From Schizochytrium sp. TIO01 (taxonomy: Eukaryota; Protista; Bigyra: Labyrinthulomycetes), in assembly GCA_004764695.1 (NCBI GenBank), contig SMSO01000032.1, positions 6,418,483-6,482,482 on the forward strand: a stretch of 64,000 nucleotides of DNA. The letters run 5' to 3'. The first letter of the stretch is position 1. Every line of letters begins with the position of its first letter. This document shows positions 55,771 through 64,000 of this stretch, piece after piece. The notes beneath the pieces are model-generated. The model had not been told where the DNA came from and ran no database searches. It saw only the letters and a list, made by a program, of their open reading frames with translations. The translations under genes and the position numbers were made by a program.

Positions 55771-57470
55771 TGTGAACAATCACGAATCCCCAAGCGCAAA
55801 CTTTAAGAGAATGTTACAGCCTTCGAGCACACACAGTACCACGACCATCAGCAGCTAGTGCTGCTACACCTGCAGCAGCATTTATGATATACAATCTAAT
55901 TATAAGCTTGCTTAGGACAGTTGTAGCTGTCCCTTACAAGGGGTCATGCCCCCACTGACATCGTTTCCATTATTTTGGGAAACTTGATCCATCCATTGGG
56001 ACTCTTCAACGAAGTTCAAGGAACTGTAATAGAGTCGAACTTATAAAGCTCCACGAAGACGCGTTAGTTAGTTATGACTATGGACGGAGTGCCTTCAATA
56101 CAGTGTTTGCCATGACTGTTTCGCTCAATATAACGATGGTTCGGAAGTTACGTGAAACTGAACGTTTTGATACTTCTATGAAATCACTTGAGTTTTTGTC
56201 CAAGTGAGAGTCTTCTAAGTTTTACAGAAATAGTCTCTAACTGGTGAGAGTGCTACGAAACCAAACGATTTTCAGGCAACCCAGTGCAAGAACTACAGTT
56301 TCAAGGAAGGACTTCTCCCACCCCTGACAGCGAATGGAGGGAACTTAGTAGTAGGCCTTATTTTACCAGGAAGGCACTATGTAGGCCAGAAGGCTTTGCA
56401 ATAACCTCAGGTCTCTAAGACGATAATAGGAATTCACAAGATCCCCCAACGTAATCGCTCGAGTAATCTTAGCGAATACCGATGTGGCACGCTTTGTTAG
56501 TGCCTCACTATTACCACACAGCGCATCAGATTTCTCTTGGATCCAGCATTTGGAAAGCAGTATTCTGGCGGTCCAGTTCGCTATGTACTACACTCATCGA
56601 ATGTACTTTACCCTACCGAGCCCTTAATGGCTGCTAATGATAAGCTTGGTTTTAAGCCAAGCATCGCACTTAACACTGTATTCCAGCTCAATCCCGGCCC
56701 AGCTCATATCAACTGCAGCTGGCAGTTGGCTTGAGCCCACGGTTCTTTCTCGAGCACTCACTCACTCACTCACTGCCTGCTATGACGACAGCCGGCCTGG
56801 GAGGCTTGACAGCACCGCGGTTCACGGTATGTCTGTCTGAGTTTGTTTCCAAAGCAAAGCAAAAGCGCAAGATCCCAAGTACGTTACGATAAGGGGCGTT
56901 ACGCTTGCTTGCGCGAACCCGTCGTATTTTATACTAACAAAATCGCATCCTCCATAACTTTTCATGGGACCCTTACATGCGTCCAGACTGACATCATGGT
57001 ACGACACACCTTGCACGGCCCCACGTCGGGTTTCTACGCCAGCTTCGCGGCAGGCCTCGGCGTGCGTGCAGCCCGCTGCTTTTGTGGGCAGGACCTGTGC
57101 TTAGCTTGGCAGCCGCTGCCATGGGCGAGTTAGTTGTCCGGAGCGGAATGACTTTTGTCTCTCGAGTTGTGATCATTCATGTTCTGTGGGCCTTTCCGCG
57201 CCAGTAGGCGGCGCCTAACAAGTCCTACTGCTCCCTTCTACCTGCTTGGGAGGTAGGTATGACCTTTGGCAAGAGAGATAAGGCGCGAGACTTAGGGGTC
57301 TTGGCATGCATCATACGAGAGCATCAAAAGCGAAAGTCGGCTGCGGCAATTCCGTGACAATTGTCCGGCAGGGGAACTCTGTGTGCGGCAGCAAAACCTT
57401 AACTCTGAGGAGTTGTTGTCTTTGAACCTGTTGACGTGTGGGATCAGCAAAGCGGGCGCTTGCTTACACG

Positions 57471-58444
57471 ATGGACGTGGATCTTTCGCTTAAGGCGCTC
57501 TTTGGCGTGGAAGGAAAGAATGTGGTGGTCACTGGTACGTAAAAGCTGTCTGAGAACATAGCATAGTGGGCGGGGGACAGGACAATATGATTATTCTGGT
57601 CATGTGAGAGAGCATACAATGCGTTTATCTTTTTATTGTCGAGTGGTGTAGAAGCAAGAAAACTGACTTGCTGCATTGACGCGATGTCAATGAAATAACA
57701 AATACAGGTGGATCTCGCGGAGTGGGCTACATGATGGCCTCTGGATTTGTCCAGCAAGGCTGCAATGTCTTCATTTTCAGTCGCAAACCTGATCACGAAG
57801 CTGCAGAGGCTCTTACAAAGAAAGGCCCCGGCAAGTGCTACTCAATGGTATGCGATGTTGCAGACATGAATGCTATTGCCAAGGTTGTCAAGGAAGTCGA
57901 GGCTGTAGTAGGTGATCAGGGCATCCACTGCCTTATTAACAACAGTGGTGCAACTTGGGGCGAGGCTTTCGATACAACCTCTCGTGCCTCTTTTGACAAG
58001 CTTGTCAATGTCAACCTCACTGGTCTCTTCTTTACGACACAGGCCTTTGGTCCCCTCCTTGAAAAGACTGGTACCAAGGACGACCCTGCGCGTGTCATTA
58101 ACATTGCAAGCATCGATGGCATTAATACTCCTGCCTTCGAGGAGTACGCTTACAGCGCTACCAAAGCTGGTGTCATCCACATGACGCGTGTCATGGCTGG
58201 CTATTTGGCTTACAAGAACATTACCTTTAACAGCATTAGTCCTGGCCTGTTCCCGAGTAAGATGGGCGACCAGGTCCTGAAGGGTGCTGGCGACAAGGCT
58301 GTGAACAATATCCCTTTCAAGCGCTTCGGTCGCCCTACTGACATCGCTGCTGCTGCCCTCTTTTTGGCTGGCCCCGGAGGCGCCTATACAACTGGTGCTA
58401 ACATCATCGTCGACGGCGGCCTCACTGCGGCTCCCAGAATGTAG
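57471..58444 (+). CDS. Short-chain dehydrogenase/reductase, RhlG-like 3-oxoacyl reductase type, 266 aa, two exons (57471-57534, 57708-58444)
   Basis: Splicing G|GTACGT..TACAG|GT restores MDVDLSLKALFGVEGKNVVVTGGSRGVG (TGxxxGxG motif). Also NNSG, NIASIDG, catalytic YSATK, PGLFPSKM. Confidence 0.95.
57535..57707 (+). other. GT-AG spliceosomal intron (173 nt, phase 1)
   Basis: GTACGT donor and TACAG acceptor; removal rebuilds the Rossmann glycine motif in frame. Confidence 0.95.
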
Positions 58445-61400
58445 TTTACATGCAACATTTTTAATTAAATAACTTTTTGCGCAAGGCCACAGATCCCTGT
58501 GGCAATATCTGTCTGAAATCTTAGCTTATTATTTGCATCATGCAATCCTCGTAGTAAAATGTTGTACTGCCCCGTTATTAATATTTCAGCTATCTTTTTG
58601 CCGTTGCCCAACGACTATATTGTTGCAGTGTCGAGCACGATGACCTCCGTTTCGTCAACTTAAGCGCTCTAGACTTGTAGATGATATCAGAATTCAGACC
58701 TATCTTTCTGCTTGCATCATCCAGAAGAATACCAGCAAGCCCAATCTGAGGAGTCAAACTAAGGAGTGCACTACGCTCATTAGATTTGTTTGTCGCTCTC
58801 AAATAGTAGTAATAATGAATTAATGGCCATATTCCGAAGCGAGGCGTATTCAGCACATACTTTCCTTCCCATTGGAATGGTCAACAGCCAAAAACAGTAG
58901 CATGGATCCGCATCCAAGCCACGCCTTTATTTTACGGACGCTTCCTCCCATTGCAATTTCCCCCAACGTTTCTTCTCCTTCCAATTCCGCCGTTTCTAGG
59001 TTTGAACTTTAGTATAGGTCAGAGCTACAGCCGACCTTCTACTATCTACTTGCACAAGCAAAACAACTGAAAAGAGCGAAAGGTTGCTGAGCAAAACTCA
59101 CGCTGGCTAGCCCTTCTCTCGAGTGCCCTCTACATTATACGCTATGTCCCTAACTCATCATTACTTTTTAGAGTAGTCCTGCTTCAAGTTCAACAGCTTA
59201 GGCACAGCTCTTATGTGCGTGCATACCATACATAGTGCGAGCGCTGATCGTAAGAGTGACCGGGGCTCCATCTTTGCTTTAGAATCTGGCGGTCTAGAGC
59301 TATTTAACCTATCACTACTCACGACGCCACGCTTACGACCCACCTCGCGGCTGCTAGTGGGCACCTATGTGCAATTATTCCCGCCATTTATGATTGAATC
59401 TCTAGTTGTATCATAAGGCCCCAACTAGGTTGAAGGTTTTACGAATATCTGCTCTGGAATCTGCACGTTTCACTTTCTCAAAGTTCTGTCTTTCGTTTCG
59501 CTCTTTTACTTTTGGGGTAACGAGCGATGGTTATTTGTTGTTATTATTCTATTTTATTTTTCGGGTAAATAGCGCAAAAACCTCGTTTTCAACTTGAAGT
59601 GACCAACTTGGCTTGTGATTTGAGGGGGTGGAGTATAATTTGTGGAAAATGTAGCGCACAGGCTGTTTGGCTGGCTGCTTGCTGCATTGTTGTCTTTTCT
59701 CTGTCTGACCTGGGTCATACACTAATTCTCTCTTGAATTTACTAAATTGCCAGAGCACTACACAACTCCTTCGATCAGTCAATGAATCAGCCTGGACAGT
59801 TGCACGCCGGTGAGTCATTCGGTCCTAGCAATTGAGTTGGTGCTACAAGGCGCATTCATCTATCGCCAGGCTTTGAGCTTCATACAAAGTTCAAGTAGTT
59901 TCAAGGAAGAGGCCGTGTAGAAGTGGTTTCGGATTAGTTCTCTCGTGGTCAATTGAGATGTCTAAATGTGGCTTCTTTCGTGTAGCGAGCAAAAGTAACC
60001 ATATCAAATCACGCCCTGTACTCGGCACTCTTGGCACGAACTCGTCGACGTTCCACCGCCTACTTTGGTCTCGTCAGGGGTTTGAGTTTTCCAAATACAT
60101 TGTAGACAACTCGAAGAAGAAAACAACCACCACCTAGGAGCAACTAATACTTCCTGAGTTCCATTCTTCGATTTTCCAACTTCCAAAACCTAAACCAAAG
60201 AGCATATCTGCGCGTTACTACCTCTGCTGCATATCCGGTTTTCGATGGACCGTGCAGCTTCGTCTTCTCCGATCGGCCATTTTGTTCAGGTTCAAGATAG
60301 TTGATTCATTTGTTCAAGTGAAACCCCCTTAGCGAACACGCACCTTTTCGTTTAAATGCCGCATCGTTTTTCTTTATTTATTTATGTTTATATAAAATAA
60401 AAATAATGAAAGTGCTCGTACGCAGACATCAGCGTCACTTCCGATGTTGCATATGTCGTAGCTCTCACTATGGAACAGCACCTCCACGGCAGGTCATTGG
60501 AGTAACCTACGCTTTTATCTTGTCGCGGCCCTCGAGATCAAAGTGGCGCTTTCTAGGCACGGAGGGATCGCCACTTAAGCATCGCGCGCCACAGTTACGT
60601 GGTACACACCGGGTCCCCGGTACACACTTCCGAAACAGTCGCCTGGGGCATGAAACGGCGGCGCTGTTACCAAGAAAGGACTTGAGCGATTCCTTGAAGG
60701 CTCTGCTTGGCCTTTCTGACTCGCTGGCTGGCTGGCTAGCTGATCAGTCGCTCTGCAGCCGGCCTGCTGATCGGATGTCATCTCGATCCCTCCCTCGCCC
60801 GCTTGCCTGCTCAGCTTCGCAGAATCGCGACCTCACTATTCTTGCACAAAACCCTGCTCGCCTGGGACTGGGCCTCTGGCAGTCCTACAAGTAACTGATA
60901 GGTAACCATAAGAAAGTAACAGCGAAGCAGTAACCGAGATGGAGCACCTTGAAGACTCTGGATTGAACAATGAAAGGTGCTTGAAGCGAGCTGGCTAGTA
61001 GCCTAAGGGAGTGATAGACAGGCAGCAGGCAAAACTAAAAAGTAACCACCCACCCACCCCATTCACTCTGAAGCAACCTCAGCAGCGGACCCCCAGCAGC
61101 CGAGGTTGAGAGTGAGCTAGAAAACGAGAACCACGGTCAGCCCGTCTTAAAAAGCTGCCTCGCTAGAGGCATTCGTCCGCTTGCACGAAGTCTTCATTCA
61201 TATCGTTTACTTGTTCTGCGCGATTTAGAGCTGGCAGAAACGCAAGGCTGATAGACATTGCACGATCAAAGTTCGCTCTCCCTGAAGATTTTGAATTAAA
61301 AGCTCAGAGTGGGTGTCACAGAAAAGTAAAACCGCGACAACTTCGACGTGCGCTTCCATCTAGTCGCGTGGTCGGCCGGCTGTGCTTCTGGTTACTTGCT

Positions 61401-61644
61401 TGTAAACAAGACTTGAACTCAACAAATCACTCAGAGCCTGGAGCTACCAAAACAGCTGTGAAGGCGGGAAGCGATCGCATTCTCGCAACTATTTGCTGCT
61501 GCTGTAGTTACAGCAGCCGGACCGTGTAGACGGTCATCGTTCTTAAGAATCACGACAAGAACTAGAACTCGAATTACAACAACCCCAAAACCTCTCCCGC
61601 TTAAGGGAGCTAGGTGCAGGGAGCATTGAGCAAGCAAATCCATA

Positions 61645-64000
61645 ATGGACGAGCGTGAGAACTCCGTCAAGGTCGCGGTGCGATGTCGCCCTTTGAGCGA
61701 ACGCGAGAAGGAGCGCGGTGCCGTTCAATGTGTGGAGATCGAAGATAATCAGATTGCAATTGAGGGCGGCTTACAGAGTACCGTCAGTGACACCGCCTCG
61801 ACTAATGGCGAAAACTCGAACTCTCGTTGCAACACCCCGACTCAGTTCTCAACGCCCACCCAAAGAGGAAGTGGACGCAAGCGTGGCAAGCGGGTTTTCA
61901 ACTTTGACTTTGCTTACGGCGAAGACAGTCATCAGGAAACCGTCTTCGATGACATCGGCAAGGGCGTCCTAGAAAATGCTTTTGCGGGATACAATGCCAG
62001 TGTTTTCGCCTACGGTCAGACCGGCTCTGGAAAAACGCACACCATGCTTGGTTCTAACGAGTGCGGTGATCGTCAGGCTGGTCTTATCCCGCGAATCTGT
62101 TCTTCTCTTGTGGAGAAGCTTGGCAACCCTGATGACCGCGCCGATGACACTGCGCTTGCACGTGCTGCCTCTACGAGATATACTTTGGAGGCTTCCTATC
62201 TCGAAATTTACAACGAGAAGTGTATTGATTTACTCACTCCCATGGATCGCCGCCCAAAGGCGTCCCAGCCGGATGAACCAACAAATTTGCGCGTTCGTGA
62301 GCACCCAAAGCGTGGACCATATGTTGAAGATCTTACAATCTTGCCGGTGCGCTCCATGGACGACATTAAGCGTATGATGCATATTGGTGCCAAAGCTCGC
62401 ACAACTGCTGCTACGAACATGAATAATACCTCAAGTCGTAGTCACGCCATCTTCACGCTTGTATTTACCCAGACAAATATTGCTAGTGATTTATGCAGTG
62501 CAACTGACACCAGTTCAAAGATTAACCTTGTAGATCTCGCTGGTTCTGAACGAGTTGGAGCAAGTGGCGTACAAGGCAAACACCTCAAGGAAGCCGCGAA
62601 TATCAATCGTTCTCTGCATACCTTGGGCCGTGTCATCAGCGCCCTTTCCCGTGCAAAAGAATCCTCAAACGGGGGGCGTCTCTCTATATTTAGTACTCCG
62701 GGCAGTAATCCTGGAACACCGCAATCTGCTGGAGGGCGTGCTTCTACTGGGGGAAGTCGCGAAGTAATTCCGTACCGCGATTCAACTCTGACTTGGCTTC
62801 TAAAACCTTCTCTTGGTGGTAACTCTCGTACAACCATGTTGGCTACCATCAGTCCTGCTAATTACAACTATGAAGAATCCCTTACGACACTTCGTTACGC
62901 ACAAGACTGCTCCCGAGTTATTAATCGCGCCATTATTAATCGTGATTCCAACAATGAGGTCATCGCTGAGCTTCGAATTGAAATTGATCTCTTGCGTCAG
63001 CGTCTTGCAGTGCAGACTGAAACAAGTGCGCAAATGGCCAACCTTAACGAGGAGCTTCAGCAGCACAAACGGGCTGTAGAGATCGAAAACATTGAGTCCA
63101 AAAAGCTTATTGAGAAAGTTGGCCAACGATACCTGAATGAACTAAAGGAGAAAGAAACAATATGGGAGCGTGATCGCAAGACATTTGAGGTCCAGTGTCG
63201 AGAGAAAGCAGCCCATATTACCACACTAGAAGAGCAGCTCAAGTCCCTGGAAGATGACTTGGATACAACTCGTAGAGTTAAAGAGGACCTTGAAGATGCT
63301 CGAGATGCACTTGATGCAAAGGTACGCGAGCAAGCTGAACAAGCTACGAAGCATATCGAGGCTATTAAGTGGGGAGAACAGCAGCTCGAGAAACGTGGAG
63401 AGTCATTAAAGGCTCGTGAACAGGAACTTCAAGAGACCAAACAAGAACTTGACCAAACACGTCAGAATGCAGCCGCTGAGAAGGCAGAACTTGAACACAA
63501 GCTTCGTGATAATGAGAACGCAAGAGAAAGCCTCATGATCGATCTCGACCAGCTCCGCGACGCAACTGCAAAAGAGAAGAACCGGCTTACCAAGAACCTT
63601 GAAAGCATTAGTAGTGCAAAGGCTCAGCTAGAGGATGAGCTGAGCTTAAGTCGTCAGGATAATGCAAACCTTAATGAGAAGGTTGAGCATCTCGATGCTG
63701 CTCTTCAAGATGCAAAGGCACGGATCGAGTCTCTCGAGGATGAGCGCTCTTCACTTTTGTCTACCCTCGATGAGGAAAAGGCTTCTTTGAAACGGTCTGA
63801 ATGTCAACTTGCTGACTTGACTGAGAAGTTTAATCAAATGCAATCCGAAATGCAGGAAAAGATGAAGAACTTGTGCGCTCAAATCAGTGACCTCGAGCAC
63901 ACGCTCAAAGAGACCACAGAAGCTAAGGCAGAACTCGATAGAAACCTTCAAGAAGAGAAAAAGCATCACCAGGAGGCAATCTCGTCGGCAGAAGAAGAAC
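61645..64000 (+). CDS. Kinesin-3-type motor protein with long coiled-coil stalk (3' truncated by window; absent from ORF track)
   Basis: MDERENSVKVAVRCRP, P-loop GQTGSGKT, LRVREHPKRGPYVEDL, NNTSSRSHAIF, DLAGSER, IPYRDSTLTWLLKPSLGGNSRT, neck INRAIINRDSNNEVIAELR. The frame stays open to the window end. Confidence 0.95.
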   Translation, partial: MDERENSVKVAVRCRPLSEREKERGAVQCVEIEDNQIAIEGGLQSTVSDTASTNGENSNSRCNTPTQFSTPTQRGSGRKRGKRVFNFDFAYGEDSHQETVFDDIGKGVLENAFAGYNASVFAYGQTGSGKTHTMLGSNECGDRQAGLIPRICSSLVEKLGNPDDRADDTALARAASTRYTLEASYLEIYNEKCIDLLTPMDRRPKASQPDEPTNLRVREHPKRGPYVEDLTILPVRSMDDIKRMMHIGAKARTTAATNMNNTSSRSHAIFTLVFTQTNIASDLCSATDTSSKINLVDLAGSERVGASGVQGKHLKEAANINRSLHTLGRVISALSRAKESSNGGRLSIFSTPGSNPGTPQSAGGRASTGGSREVIPYRDSTLTWLLKPSLGGNSRTTMLATISPANYNYEESLTTLRYAQDCSRVINRAIINRDSNNEVIAELRIEIDLLRQRLAVQTETSAQMANLNEELQQHKRAVEIENIESKKLIEKVGQRYLNELKEKETIWERDRKTFEVQCREKAAHITTLEEQLKSLEDDLDTTRRVKEDLEDARDALDAKVREQAEQATKHIEAIKWGEQQLEKRGESLKAREQELQETKQELDQTRQNAAAEKAELEHKLRDNENARESLMIDLDQLRDATAKEKNRLTKNLESISSAKAQLEDELSLSRQDNANLNEKVEHLDAALQDAKARIESLEDERSSLLSTLDEEKASLKRSECQLADLTEKFNQMQSEMQEKMKNLCAQISDLEHTLKETTEAKAELDRNLQEEKKHHQEAISSAEEE

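Noticed and set aside
56480-56734. Protein-like short ORFs upstream of the SDR
   Set aside because: No recognisable family, no ATG start for the 65-aa ORF, no splice support.
57722-58444. SDR start at GTG 57722 as given in the ORF track
   Set aside because: It lacks the start of the Rossmann motif; the true start is ATG 57471 via an intron.
15926-64000. Apparent cluster of Ca2+/cytoskeletal genes (WD40-IQ, SH3-LIM, anoctamin-EF, TTLL, kinesin)
   Set aside because: These categories are common in protist genomes and are interleaved with housekeeping genes (NFS1, TNPO3); no evidence of co-regulation without synteny or expression data.
1-64000. CRISPR arrays, rRNA, tRNA, intact transposases or viral hallmark genes
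   Set aside because: None seen by eye. tRNAscan-SE, Infernal/Rfam and a TE library search would be needed to exclude small RNAs and degraded elements.

Overview
Eukaryotic nuclear DNA, about half coding, with long and almost intronless genes separated by 0.4-5 kb spacers rich in microsatellites and AT islands. This style suggests a stramenopile, most like a thraustochytrid/labyrinthulomycete; that is an inference from gene structure and protein families, not a database match. Twelve protein genes are supported: a choline-transporter-like (SLC44/CTL) protein, a conserved hypothetical membrane protein, a 1.2-kaa coiled-coil protein, a 2870-aa WD40/IQ/PPC-like protein, an SH3-SH3-LIM adaptor, an anoctamin with C-terminal EF-hands, mitochondrial NFS1, a polyQ/zinc-finger TFIIIC-subunit-like WD40 protein, transportin-SR, a TTLL12-like ATP-grasp protein, an intron-split RhlG-like SDR and a kinesin-3 running off the window end. 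I found no rRNA, tRNA, CRISPR array or intact transposon. The most interesting signals are unusual domain fusions, a candidate GC-AG intron with two in-frame acceptors (one giving a stop, one giving full-length protein), a possible decayed annexin, and enrichment of a GCACGTGC palindrome in the spacers.
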